Assembly: GCF_001194135.2 (NCBI RefSeq)
Contig: NC_069006.1
Span: 6,873,261-6,937,126 of the forward strand
DNA: 63,866 bases
Source: Octopus bimaculoides
Lineage: Eukaryota
Direction: 5' to 3'
In this document: positions 49,543 to 62,210 of the stretch, one piece after another
How positions within the stretch are numbered: position 1 is the first letter of the stretch
Layout: the number at the start of each line of letters is the position of its first letter
The notes under the pieces: model-generated
What the model was told of the DNA's origin: nothing
The model's database searches: none
What the model saw: only the letters and a program-made list of their open reading frames with translations
Position numbers and translations under genes: made by a program

Positions 49543-50010
49543 AACATTCAGCATCAAGTCAGCCCAGAGTTCAACTGCTACCTATTTTATGGACCCTGAT
49601 AGGACGAAAAGTAAAGTCAACCTCGGAGGAATTTGAAATCAAAACGTGAATATATCAGAGATAGATGCAAGGACTAAATATTATCAATTTCCTTTTGTTG
49701 AGACTTCTTTTTTTCTATGTAAAGTTGTTATTACAAAGTTAAGCACATACATACGTGTGTGGTATAAAGGCATACATATATAGTACCCAATATTGAATCC
49801 AGATTTTGGTACAAGGAAAGCAGTTTGAGGGAGGGGTAAGTCGATTACATCCCCCACCCCACCAATGTTCAACAGGTATTTCTTTTTTTGGACTTCAAAA
49901 AGATGAAAGGTGGAGTCAACTTCAGAGGAATTTGAAATCGGAACGTAAAACGGATGAACTGCCGTCAAGCATTTTACCCGGCGTGATAACGACTTTGCCA
50001 CTTTCCACCC
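49530..50010 (-). mobile_element. Two SINE family B copies
   Basis: AAAGTCAACCTCGGAGGAATTTGAAATC and GGGGTAAGTCGATTACATC...GCATTTTACCCGGCG. Confidence 0.75.
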
Positions 50011-50581
50011 TATAGTACACACTATATCATCACGAAACAAAAGACAAGGAAATGTAACAGAGTGGATACCTTTTTATTGGTTAAGATGACTTTCCCACGG
50101 TGCAGTTGTGTACAAGGGCCGGGGAACAGGGGGTGCACCAGCACCCCCTAGAATTTTCAGGGGGTGCAAGATCAAAATTTGCACCCCCTACATAATCTTA
50201 CCAGTTGCAGAAAAAAAGTGTCTAAAATCTATCGGTATAAAATGCTTAAGTTCGATCTCGTTTCAAAACAAAGAAAAAAATAAAATAAATAAAAGTGATG
50301 AAGCTAGCATAAAATTCCCTAGGGAGTTTAGGACCACTAACTTCTGAAAGCAAGTAGCGTCAAAATACAAAAAAAATAAGTGACAATAACAACAGTAGCC
50401 GCAACAATAACAGCAACAACACCAGCATGTATGGTTAATTTTGAATATATAGTATTACTTGAATTATTGAAGACAGCCCCCACCCAGTTTCTGTCTGTCA
50501 ATACTTCTCTCCATCTTTTAGTACCACTCCCAAGTTCTTTGTAATTGGTGTTGCTAAAGACTTAAAACATGGTTAAATGGA

Positions 50582-51572
50582 NNNNNNNNNNNNNNNNNNN
50601 NNNNNNNNNNNNNNNNNNNNNNNNNNNNNNNNNNNNNNNNNNNNNNNNNNNNNNNNNNNNNNNNNNNNNNNNNNNNNNNNNNNNNNNNNNNNNNNNNNNN
50701 NNNNNNNNNNNNNNNNNNNNNNNNNNNNNNNNNNNNNNNNNNNNNNNNNNNNNNNNNNNNNNNNNNNNNNNNNNNNNNNNNNNNNNNNNNNNNNNNNNNN
50801 NNNNNNNNNNNNNNNNNNNNNNNNNNNNNNNNNNNNNNNNNNNNNNNNNNNNNNNNNNNNNNNNNNNNNNNNNNNNNNNNNNNNNNNNNNNNNNNNNNNN
50901 NNNNNNNNNNNNNNNNNNNNNNNNNNNNNNNNNNNNNNNNNNNNNNNNNNNNNNNNNNNNNNNNNNNNNNNNNNNNNNNNNNNNNNNNNNNNNNNNNNNN
51001 NNNNNNNNNNNNNNNNNNNNNNNNNNNNNNNNNNNNNNNNNNNNNNNNNNNNNNNNNNNNNNNNNNNNNNNNNNNNNNNNNNNNNNNNNNNNNNNNNNNN
51101 NNNNNNNNNNNNNNNNNNNNNNNNNNNNNNNNNNNNNNNNNNNNNNNNNNNNNNNNNNNNNNNNNNNNNNNNNNNNNNNNNNNNNNNNNNNNNNNNNNNN
51201 NNNNNNNNNNNNNNNNNNNNNNNNNNNNNNNNNNNNNNNNNNNNNNNNNNNNNNNNNNNNNNNNNNNNNNNNNNNNNNNNNNNNNNNNNNNNNNNNNNNN
51301 NNNNNNNNNNNNNNNNNNNNNNNNNNNNNNNNNNNNNNNNNNNNNNNNNNNNNNNNNNNNNNNNNNNNNNNNNNNNNNNNNNNNNNNNNNNNNNNNNNNN
51401 NNNNNNNNNNNNNNNNNNNNNNNNNNNNNNNNNNNNNNNNNNNNNNNNNNNNNNNNNNNNNNNNNNNNNNNNNNNNNNNNNNNNNNNNNNNNNNNNNNNN
51501 NNNNNNNNNNNNNNNNNNNNNNNNNNNNNNNNNNNNNNNNNNNNNNNNNNNNNNNNNNNNNNNNNNNNNNNN
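50582..51572. other. Assembly gap (~1 kb N). Others at 4045-4091, 15142-15333, 19133-19142, 24681-24690, 28387-28536, 35499-35755, 37437-37876
   Basis: N runs, nearly all inside or beside repeats. Confidence 1.
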
Positions 51573-52370
51573 GCTTCCACGCGTCTTCCATATCACCTCT
51601 TTCGCGATAGCTACTACGGCTAGAAAACAGAATTTCTCTTCTCCTTTTAGAAGAGACGGCGGAACGATTTTAATAATCGATTCGGCTCACAGCTGTACTC
51701 ACCCTAGTTGTGATAGTACCCGTTCGGTAGAAACCCACAAGTCCGAGAGATTCGGACACTGTACGATTGCATGCAGAACAGTTTCGTTGCTCTGCCCGCA
51801 ACGTGGGCATGCAGTCGAAACCGTGACGCCGTGCCTCGCGTGTTTATTCCGAACTGGCAATGCACTTCGGAAGCACAGCCAAGCCAGGGACCTCTGGAAA
51901 TTGTCCATAGGTCCCGGGCCGAAAGTCCTTCGATGCAGATTGGCAAGCGGACTTTCATCGAAACCCAGAGTTTCCCCCAGGCCGTCATCACACTTGCCCT
52001 CTACCAGCCCTCTATAGTACGCCGAGGCGGTACCCCCTCCGCGGGCATAGCTCGTTCGGGAGAGAAGCACGAACGCCTGTCGACACTCTGCTTGCCAAGC
52101 TCCCAGCCTTGGTCTACGCTTGATCCAGTATTCCAGTTCACCAAAAGAGGTGAACCTGGGAACTATCTCATCAACGAACGGAGACCACACCTGCTCACCG
52201 TCCAGGTAGAGCCAGAGATGCCGCAACCTCAGCGCATGACTGCGCATCTTTAGTCACGGCATCCCTAACCCACCCTTTAGCGGCTGTTACAAGAGGCCGC
52301 CTGCCCTCCCACAAGAAGTGAAAGAGCAAAAATATTCTCGAACAACCCATCCGGATGGGTTCCGGAGCCT
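51573..52370 (-). mobile_element. Tx1/L1-clade LINE ORF2 C-terminal fragment with zf-RVT zinc knuckle; 3' end hidden in gap
   Basis: LFHFLWEGR...GGLGMP*LKMRSHALRLRHLW...LAWLCFRSALPVRNK...CPRCGQSNETVLHAIVQCP..LW...AKEVIWKTR. CpG-rich with few stops. Confidence 0.9.
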
Positions 52371-52789
52371 CCTTTTTTTTTTCTATAAATTGGTGCGACA
52401 AATTATTTACGGATCAGAGGGGTGAGAGTTTTTCATCAAGGCGTGTTATGTGGATCCTGTTGTTTTTCAGAGGAGAATTAATATAACGGAGCCCATGCAA
52501 CCAACGACAACTCAAGCTGAATTACCCAAACGATGGATGAAATGCAACCAGAATTTATGTTTTTTTGCTTTACCACTTTACGAAGGAATAAAGCCCCACT
52601 GTTATTGTACGGTTAGTTTCTTTTGTTACTTCCGCGAACGAACACGCAACAAATATTGTATAACGGTATACATGCTTCTTTAGTAAAACAGAGGAAGACT
52701 TCAGACACCGATAAAAACTGTTTCACAAGCTCAAATCAAACCCCTCTTTCCTTCTCTACATACATACGTACATACCCTACTAATAGTTT

Positions 52790-53120
52790 TCGGCGAGTAT
52801 AGGCCCAGGCCATGTCTAAATAACACCACCTGGTGAAGTCTTTTCATCATATATGGAGTACCATAACCCAGTCTAGCAAAGAGTTATTATTGTTGGAGAC
52901 ATTTCTGGGTGTAGGAGGTTGGTCCAGGATTTTTTGAACAAATTTGTCCAGTGAATTTTTGAATTTTATGGGATCCGTTTCCGTTTTGACGTGTTTTGGT
53001 AAGGTATTAAAGAGAACTGGACCGGTTGAGGTAAAGTAGTTGTGGAGTAATGTTGTTAGGAACCTCGGATCTAGGTTAGAAACCGGCTCTTTCTCTAATT
53101 GTAAGAAATCTTGAAATAAA
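52790..53120 (-). mobile_element. CR1/L2-group LINE 3' end (different family from the 25 kb copy)
   Basis: HNYFTSTGPVLFNTLPKHVKTETDPIKFKNSLDKFVQKILDQPPTP...NSLLDW matches GPxLFNxLP...FKxxLDxF...PDQP. Confidence 0.8.
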
Positions 53121-53600
53121 ACTGAACAATGACATACATACATACAAACGCATTATGTATGTATGTATGTATGTATGTTTTGTTGGCGCTATAAATATTC
53201 TATAAACTTTCGAGAGAACGAGAAATAATTCTGTTTTGCAATAATGGTTCTCGAGGCACATTACATACAGCTATAAAGAACTGCATGTTGAAGAACCCAG
53301 CCTTCGACTTTTTCTATCCAAAAGGGTTTTTTAACCCGTATTTACATGTCACTCTTTACAGCTGTATGCGATGTACTTCGAGAACTATTATTCAAAAAAG
53401 CAATACATATTCAGTTATCTAATGTGAAATTAAATATAAAAACAGTTGAAGAATCACTCAATATTTTTCAGAAGGGTATCATATTCGAAGAGACTGCCAA
53501 TCTTTTCCTTGTGTGTCTATGTTTTTGTCATCATCATTGTGTTAACATAGCCCTTTCTATTTCACATAGGTCAGACGGAATATGATGAAGCCGAATGTGA

Positions 53601-53644
<44 letters not shown>

Positions 53645-53649
<5 letters not shown>

Positions 53650-53905
53650 TGGCCTAGTGGTTAGGTTCTGCACTCGCAATCGGTAGATCATGGGTTCGAT
53701 TCTTCTTGAGCAGTCTCATGTTGCTCCTGTCCTCTCAGCTGTAAACAATGCGTAACCCTGCGATGGATTAGCCTTCCTATCAGGTGGAATGTTGGCCTGC
53801 TCGACTAGCCAGCGGGGTGGCATCAATCGAAGGCTAAAAAAAAAGGAGGCAAAGCGCAGTGTGACCAGCGATGTATAATGACATCCGATAGTCTGGTCTA
53901 TCACG
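53645..53905 (+). mobile_element. tRNA-Arg-like SINE (family E head)
   Basis: TGGCCTAGTGGTTAGG...CACTCGCAATCG...GGGTTCGATTC. Confidence 0.8.
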
Positions 53906-54091
53906 TGATACACACACACACATATATATTTATATAAGATTTAATTTTTTTTTAAGAAATAAAACTGAAACCTTTAAACTACAAATGTACTTCAAAACAA
54001 CATGCTTGCTAATAATTTCTTATAATTGTGAACGGAGGGGGTAGCCCCAATAAGCTAATTTTAGACTCCGCTACAAGCTTGCCACCACCCA

Positions 54092-54815
54092 CTAGCGTAG
54101 CTAGGGAGTGGGGCGGTCCGCCCCGGGTGGCACTTTCAAAGGGGCGGTACATTGGGGTCTGCTGTAGGTAATATTTTTTGTCACCACCTACGCTAACGAT
54201 TCAATGGGATTTAAAAACAAAGGAGGGTAAAACTGAATTGCTGTACAGCATCGCGTCCGGCGCTCTACCATATCTGATATTCTCTTGGTGGTGGTGGTAG
54301 TGGTTTCTGCACATGACCGGAAATTTTTGAGGGTTGGTGTCTTAGTCAACACCGTCAACACCAGTACGTGACTGGTACTTTTGTCGACCCCCCCCCCCAC
54401 ACACACACACCGAAAGAAAAAGCTGATCTTGGCGGGATTTGAACTCAAAAATGCCGAAATATCACAAAGCATACTTTTCAGCACTTTTAACGATTCAATA
54501 AGAATTAGAATTTTGGCACGAACCCAGCAGTTTTGAGGGGAGTCGTTTATATCAGTCTCAGAACTTGACTAGTACTTTATTTTATCGACCTCGAGGGGAT
54601 AAAAAGCAGAGCTAACCTCGGCAAGATTTTAACTCAAAATTTAAAGAGTATAAAAGAAATACCGCAAAGCATTTTCCCCCAGCATTCTAACAATTCGATA
54701 ATAATAATCCTTTCGACCATACGCCTTTCAGTCTGCCGGCCATGGGCCCTCACAAAAAATACATATTGCCTACAGCAGACCCAAAAGTGGTGCCGCCTCC
54801 CTCTAGCTACGCTAG
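54092..54815. mobile_element. TIR element with long subterminal inverted repeats, invaded by family B SINEs
   Basis: CTAGCGTAGCTAG...GGGTCTGCTGTAGGTAATATTTTTTGT mirrored by ACAAAAAATACATATTGCCTACAGCAGACCC...CTAGCTACGCTAG. Confidence 0.7.
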
Positions 54816-55330
54816 AGATGAAAGGCAAAGTCGACCTCAGCGAAATTTGAACTCAGAACTTAGAGACAGACCTAATGTCGCTAAGCATTTTTCTCCAGCA
54901 CCCTAACGATGATAATAATAATGATAATAATAATAATCCTTCCGCAATAAGCACAAGGCCTGAAAGTTTGGAGGAGGAGGTTAGTCGATTACAGGTACTT
55001 ATTTCATCGTTTCCGAAAGGACGAAAGGCAAAGTCGACCTCAGAACTTGAAGACAGACGAAATACCGCTAAGCACTTTTTCCAGCACTCTAACGATTCAA
55101 TAATATTAATGATAATGATAATGGCCTCAAATTTTGGCACAAGGCCAGAAATTTTGGGAGAGGGGTAAGCCGATTACATCAACCCCAATACCCAGCTAGT
55201 ACTTAATTTCATCGATCTCGAAAAGATGAAAGCCAAAATCGACGGGGGAGGGAGGAAGTAGTCGTTTACATCGATCCCCAATGCTCAATTTGTATTTTAT
55301 TTTATCAACCCCAAAATGGTGAATAATAAT
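54330..55330 (-). mobile_element. Cluster of five head-to-tail SINE family B copies
   Basis: GATTTGAACTCA / AAAGGCAAAGTCGACCTC / TAACGATTC motifs repeated, each with (AAT)n linkers, all on the minus strand. Confidence 0.9.
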
Positions 55331-55784
55331 AACAACAACAATGTTTTATCACGAAAGGAAATCTGAGATTGTCTTAAAAAGAAGAAAAAAAAAAAAAAGA
55401 TGAAAATCGGGATTTGTAATGTTTTTCGTTTTTTATATATTTCGTGGTGTTATATAATAAGGCAACAGTTCCAACTAGAGTATCGAATCCTTGTTACAAA
55501 CCCGTCTGTCGAAGGGCCTACACTACGGTACAGAGGCTTTAATTACCTCAATGGGTAAAAAAAAACACAAAAAAACGTTAAGATTTCTTACTAAAACAAC
55601 GAAGGAAGAGAGATATTGAAAGTTGTGACGTAAAAGCATCTCTGTTCTTTTAACTTGTGATACGTTGTTTTCTTTCCCCTTCTTGTTTTTTTTTTTTTCC
55701 TTTTTTTCGTTTTCATTTATATTATTTTTCGTGTTTGTGTCATTTGCAGTGGTTGTTTATTGTTTGTTGTTTGTTCTTTTTTGT

Positions 55785-56230
55785 TTTTTCGTCGATCTCA
55801 AGACAGCCCTCCCTGATGCATTGATGCTGTTGACTTATCAATGATCAAACGCATTCCAATCATAGTAGAACCGTTTTTTATCTTTGTTTTTTTTTGTTTT
55901 CCCCCTTCCAGAAACTATATGTAGAGCTACGACTAAAGTCGGAATATCAATGTCCTCTCGTTTCTGCTTAAGACAGTCGGGTGGGAGTTTGAGGGAGATT
56001 CGGCTGCTATTCTATCAAGTCGAGTGACAACGTAGACCAATCATGAGCAACCTGCGGCCCGCGGGACTTTCTGAATGGCATGCCTAACGAAAAATTACCT
56101 TCAGTTTTTGCTGTTGTTGTTTTTTACTACGGCCCGCTTAACGATAACCATGTCTCATGCGGCCCGTTTTACGGAAAAGGTCGTCCACGCCTGATGTAGA
56201 AGTTCTCTCAGTTGCTGGTTACTAGCACTT
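55785..56230. mobile_element. Family D copy split by a hAT MITE
   Basis: GAGGGAGATTCGGCTGCTATT...GAGTGACAACGTAGA[MITE]...GTTCTCTC. Confidence 0.65.
56038..56193. mobile_element. hAT (Buster/Charlie-type) MITE
   Basis: Ends CAATCATGAGCAACCTGCGGCCCGCGGG / GGTCGTCCACGCCTG; TSD ACGTAGAC / ATGTAGAA (6 of 8). Confidence 0.75.
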
Positions 56231-56404
56231 CATTAACACACACACACACAGTCTGAATGTATGTGCGCGTTTTGATGCATGCAAAATGCATCACAAGTGC
56301 GCGTGCGCACATGCATGTTTATATCTGCACATGCATGATATGCATGCATGCTTTTAACGTCTGATGTTGTTAAGTTAGTGAATGTTTAATATGCACACGT
56401 GCTC

Positions 56405-56640
56405 GTTGCTGTTTAGCTCCCGGATAAAGCCAGACTGAGCGAACCTATGATCAAAAGCGTTCCGGCCACGACTACCCTGTTGTAAAGACAGGGACAACAT
56501 AGAAATGCGTTACCGAATGACTACTTCCTATTTTCAAGCCAGTAGGGTGTGATTTAAAGAGAATTTGGCTGTTGTTTCTAGCAAGTTGCATATCGTACAC
56601 GTAGAGGCTACCTCGACGACGAGTAGAGTACGTTCAGGTG
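56405..56640. mobile_element. Family D
   Basis: GTTTAGCTCCC...CCTATGATCAAAAGCGTTCCGGCCACGAC...TTTGGCTGTTGTTTCTAGCA...CACGTAGAGGCT. Confidence 0.7.
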
Positions 56641-56869
56641 ACCGTGTTCCGTATATGTCAGTATTCTAAGTGTCTGTATCAATAATATATTATCGATAAC
56701 GGCCACACCTATCACTACACCATCACATAAGGACGTTGGTTTCTCTGCTATGGAGGTACCCAAAAGATCATATCTCCAACAATACCCTGTTACCCTTTAA
56801 AAATATGTAAATACGATAAATGTTTTCTCTTTACCAGGCTGAAGGTCGATTTTGAAGTGGAATAATAAA

Positions 56870-57120
56870 TCAATAGAATCGATCGCAATATATTACTAAT
56901 ATTAGGGTGGTGGTGAGGGTGGATTGGCGGTTTCGTTAGAGCGTCGGACAAAATGTCTTGCGGTATTTCGAGACAGCCCTTTATGCTTGGGAGTTCAAAT
57001 CTTACCGAGGACAAGTTTGCTTTCGTCCTTCCTAAAGTCAACAAAATAAAATTTCTGTCAAGTACTGAAGTCGATATAAGCGACGGTGACCCCCTCCCCA
57101 GAAAACTGAGGCTATATCTG
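56870..57120 (+). mobile_element. SINE family B
   Basis: GTTAGAGCGTCGGACAAAATG...GAGTTCAAATCTTACCGAGG...TTTGCTTTCGTCC. Confidence 0.75.
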
Positions 57121-57589
57121 TCAAAAAAAAAAAACAGCTTATTGCTGAAATTAATGTTATCGGTTTTTAATAGACGAAAGGCAAATCCAATCCAAAATAA
57201 GTTTTACACGATAGCAGGTTAACTTGTTTTGTTTTTTTTATATTCTCTACATTAAATATTTTAACCGTTGAGTATATATTTCGACCCGCTGAGGTTTGCA
57301 TTAAGTTTCACCAGCATCGTCGTTAAAACTGTTATTGTTGTCGCCTGCATTTTACATCCATTCTACACAAAACCTTGCCCGCAATACCCGAAATCCAGAG
57401 TCACCTGCTCTGCAAAGCTCATCACACAAGGTAGAAAAGACGCGGGCCCCGAGTAGATTTGGTAGTGGGCTACGGCTTTGATGTGCATTTGCGCTGTTCA
57501 CTTATAAGTATTCTAAGAGTTAACAGTTCGCCTAGCTATTGAAATCAGGCACCAAATCATGAAATAATAGTTTCACAAATTATCCAAGG

Positions 57590-58190
57590 AAATGTCTGTC
57601 TGTCTATCTCTGTACCTATCAGTCTGTTTGTCTTTCTATCTATCTATCTGTCTGTCTGTTTTTCTATCTATCTATCAATCTGCCTGTCTGTTTGTCTTTC
57701 TATCTATCAATCTGTCTGTCTGTTTTTCTATCTATCTATCAATCTGTCTGTCTGTTTGTCTATCTATCTATCAATCTGTCTGTCTGTTTTTCTATCTATC
57801 TATCAATCTGTCTGTCTGTTTTTCTATCTATCTATCAATCTGTCTGTCTGTTTTTCTATCTATCTATCAATCTGTCTGTCTGTTTTTCTATCCATCTATC
57901 AATCTGTCTGTCTGTTTTTCTATCTATCTATCAATCTGTCTGCCTGTCTGTTTTTCTATCTATCAATCTGCCTGTCTGTTTTTCTATCTATCTATCTATC
58001 TTTCTTTCTATCTATCTGTTTTTTCTATCTATCTGTCTGTTTTCCATCTATCTATCTATCTATTTTTCTATCTATCTATCTATCTACCTATCTATCTATC
58101 TGTCTGTTTTTTTCTATCTAGCTATCTGTCTGTTTTTCTATCTATCCATCTGTCTGTCTGTCTAGACAGACAGACAGACAGATAAATAAA
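57590..58190. repeat. (TCTA)/(TCTG) tetranucleotide array with a ~32-bp higher-order unit
   Basis: TCTATCTATCTATCAATCTGTCTGTCTGTTTT repeated. Confidence 0.95.
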
Positions 58191-58794
58191 TAGGCAGAGA
58201 AAGAGAGGGCTAAGCACCGGTCCTTAAAAAAACCCACTTTGTGATGCACAGTCAGGGTCCCTACATAACAGCTGAATTAGAAGAAAACGCAGCTAAATCT
58301 TCCTAAAACAAAACATCCTATCGTCCTTTAAAGCAGGGAGATATTGGACAATTTAACCCGGAGTATACTATACTTGAAAAAAAAACCCTCACGGAATGGT
58401 CATAACTGGAACGCCTTTGAACATAGGCCTACTATAAACAAGGAGAGAAAAGCCTAAGTCCTAAGAACAACCACCCTTTCTCGAGACACAACACTATATC
58501 ATCATCATCATCGTCAGCTGAAGAATATTTTCTGTTCTTCTAGAACTCTGCGCACCCCTTCCAGCTTTACCAACCCTGAGACACTGTTACCTTGATTGAC
58601 GTAAAGTAATTACATAATGACACAGTCATTAATTATGTTCATCCATATAAAGTTATGTATTATACATACATATTTTCATCATATCAAACATTTACAGTCG
58701 TCAGAAGTAATATAATATTTTTATCTGTAAAATCTTAGACGTAAAAAAAAAAGCCATGCGTTGGAAAAATTTGGCTAAACGCCTTTATATAATA

Positions 58795-59225
58795 GTTGTT
58801 TAACCCCAGGTCAGCTCTGATAGAGAACACCGACAATCAAAGGTTTTCCAGCCGTGACCACTGCATCTTTTATACAGACAGTGTATATTTAGGATGACAT
58901 TATCAAATGTCCTTCCCTCACTCACTTTTTTTTTTTTCTAGGCAGAAAGATGCCAGTTGAGGGAGATCTGGCTGTTATTTATCGCACGATTCATGACCAC
59001 ATACAGGCTCCTTCGACTTATGTACCATCTAACAGCACATAGACATGGGTTGTCTTTGGCCACAAGCCTGACCTATGGCTAAACAACAATAACAATACTT
59101 TAAATAGAAATATTTCACTTGTTGTTTGACCCTCAGTCAGCACTGATCAAGTAAACTCGTGACCAAAAGCGTGCCAACCGTGACCGGCCACCTCGTCGTT
59201 TTTTTTTCCTCCTCCTCTTCTGTCT
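58795..59225. mobile_element. Family D, one copy plus a partial second
   Basis: TTTAACCCCAGGTCAGCTCTGAT...CCAGCCGTGACC...GAGGGAGATCTGGCTG; second GTCAGCACTGATC...AACCGTGACC. Confidence 0.7.
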
Positions 59226-59379
59226 ATGATTATGTTCTCTAACATATCCTCCTACCTACCCTCGAGATAAACGATCAGGATGGGATTTGAGGAAAATTTT
59301 AGCTGTTGTTTCACATTCATATAAATATACACAACGTTGTGGTTACGAACCCATACATATACAAACATATATAAGCTAT

Positions 59380-59760
<381 letters not shown>

Positions 59761-60084
59761 AAACGTCACAGACCGGTGAGAATAAATGACTTGAATATCT
59801 TTATTTCTTCCTGTCTAGTCTAAAACAAAACACTTACTAATCACCACCAATAACAATAATGATATCGATAAGTACCAGTTAAATACTTGGGATCGATAAT
59901 ATCGATTACGCACACACACAACCTTCCAGTTTTTATCAATATCGATTGGCCTTCTGATTATTACGAATTCTTATAGAATTTATTTCGGTTTTATAAGATT
60001 CCAACTTGGAGGAAACTCGAAGAATTATCAAAGAATTTATCTGACTGAAAAACAAAACAACTTTGAAATGTATTTCCATTGTAC

Positions 60085-60460
60085 ACATGCAGATTTCCCA
60101 ACCACATGGTTACGAGTTCAATCCCATAGCGTGACACCTTGGGCAAGAGACTCTTTTTACTATAATTCCAGGCCGACTAAAAGCCTTGTGAGTAGAGCTG
60201 GTGGACGGAAACTGTATGGAAGCCCGTCGTATATTTATAGGTGTGCGTTTGTATTTGTTCTCCCTCCACAAACGCTTGACAGCCGGTGTCGGTTTGTTTA
60301 CGTCCCCGTAAAATAGCGGTTTGGCAAATGGATATCGATAGAATAAGTACTAGAGTTGAAAAAGCAAGCGCCGGGGGTAGATTCGTTCGACTTACACCCT
60401 TCAAGGCGATGCCCCAGCATGGCCGTTGTCGAATGACTGAAATCAGCAATGGATAAAAGA
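60085..60460 (+). mobile_element. SINE family A
   Basis: GAGTTCAATCCCATAGCGTGACACCTTGGGCAAG...TTTACGTCCCCGTAA...CCCCAGCATGGCCG. Confidence 0.85.
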
Positions 60461-60724
60461 TGCATTTATACACGTGCATGCAACAGGTACAAGGTGCACC
60501 ATGGCTTAGGGGAGAAGGGTGCAACAAGATATTTTTCTCCTTGAATATAATTTGGAAAAGGAATTTAAGAGATTGCGGAGTGTTGTTCACCATCAACTTC
60601 ATCTTCATGTGAACGCGCACACACACACACACACACAGTTTCTTCTTTTCTTAAGAAAGTTGTTTTCTCGTCGTCTGTCAAATGAAGGCGTGTTGAAAAT
60701 GGAGAGAGAAACTTAAAGAGAGTT

Positions 60725-60913
60725 TATGTATATGCATAAATAGGTATATATACATATATATGTATATGTGCGTATACATATATATATATATATATGTGTG
60801 TATATATACGTGTGTGTGTGTTACTGTATGTAAGCATATAATGTATACATATATATGTATATATATGTATACACGTATGCATATATATACGTTTATGTAT
60901 ATGTATACATAAA

Positions 60914-60967
<54 letters not shown>

Positions 60968-60970
60968 CAC
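60725..60970. repeat. Compound (TA)n/(TG)n/(CA)n microsatellite
   Basis: Visible. Confidence 0.95.
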
Positions 60971-61275
60971 ATATTTGATTATATATTTATGCATAGATAG
61001 ATCGATAGATCGATTGATAAGCGTGTATGTATGTTTATGACGGATATAAATATCTCTGAGAAAAAATAATGTGGAGAAAACCGAAAGAGACAGATAGAGT
61101 GAGAGACGGAAAAAAAATGAAAAATTGAATGACAAAAAAAGGCTAAAATAGCTTGACAATGGAGAAAAAAAAATCAAGAAACTTTTTTGGCCGTAGGAAG
61201 TTTAGTCTAAATCGACATTGATATGGATAAGAGCGAGTGTGTAAGAATGTCAACAAGTCGGTTGATAAAACTCAC

Positions 61276-61345
61276 CTTTTCAGTGATTCCAGGCTGGGAC
61301 AGCAGTAATCCGCATCAGCCAAATGCCAGGTCGGCTGCTTCACTA
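61276..61345 (-). other. Candidate first exon of an unidentified minus-strand transcript (5' boundary uncertain)
   Basis: Minus strand reads ...GGAATCACTGAAAAG|GTGAGTTT, a strong donor (intron starts at 61275) just downstream of the NRF1/ETS motifs. The only ATG gives an 11-codon ORF, MRITAVPAWNH*. Confidence 0.5.
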
Positions 61346-61347
61346 AC

Positions 61348-61370
61348 GCGCCTGCGCCAACGGAAGTGAC
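61348..61370. promoter_or_regulatory. Adjacent NRF1-like (GCGCCTGCGC) and ETS/GABP-like (CGGAAGTG) motifs in a local CpG-rich patch; candidate divergent housekeeping promoter
   Basis: GCGCCTGCGC at 61348-61357 and CGGAAGTG at 61361-61368. GC/CpG-rich island (~61290-61410) in AT-rich flanks, ~850 bp upstream of the DNAJC11 ATG. Confidence 0.55.
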
Positions 61371-62210
61371 CGCCTGCTATACAATACCAAGAGGTCACGC
61401 TACTGCGGCATAAATTAACAAAAAATTTGTTGTTTCTGTTTTGTAAAAAAATTGTATTATATATTAATATATTAATGTTTAGTGTTTTTTATTAAAGAAA
61501 AATCAATAAAAGTTATAAGAAATTAATAATAAAGGTCGATGGCTTGTACTTTTATCAAGTATTTCAATATTTCAGAGTTAGAACTTGTTCAGAAAATCTT
61601 CAGCAAAGTCAACTAACAACACCTTTTCTCTGAATATTTCCCTGAAGAAGTTATTCTAACCTTGAAATATTGACGTACTATGTGAAAGTACTGATCATTG
61701 TTTTGTATTATTAACTCTTCACGACTTGCATCGTTTTGGCTTTGTATTAAAAAATAATAACTAAAAACATATATATACCAGACGATGCTTCGTGAAAACT
61801 CTACAACTATATTAATGTTTATTGTTGTTTGTTTTTTTCTTTTCGGAGAGGAATAATATTACATTTATTTTGATTGTAGTAATGAAGCTGTTAAAGAAAA
61901 GAAAAAGACAATGGATAGATAAACAAAGCTTTATTTTGTTTTTAAACATTATAACAGAATAATAAATCATTACAGGAAGCTGCCGACTGCTAAATCAAAC
62001 TAAACAGTAATCACGCAGCATTACATAATATTTGGGCTTTTATTATGGTTTTCTTAAAATGAATTATTTATTTGAATGAAACACCTATATTTGCCAATTT
62101 TATTTATTAACAATTAGATAATAAAGTTAGGTGGAATTCTGTTCGAAGATGGTGAAATTATCTGAAATATTTTTTCGGTATTAACCGACCGTTATCGTAA
62201 ACCAGTAAAA

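Noticed and set aside
50554-52017. 335-482 aa ORFs (also at 15044, 28088, 35429, 37257)
   Set aside because: Open only because they run through N gaps; the non-N parts are SINE or LINE sequence.
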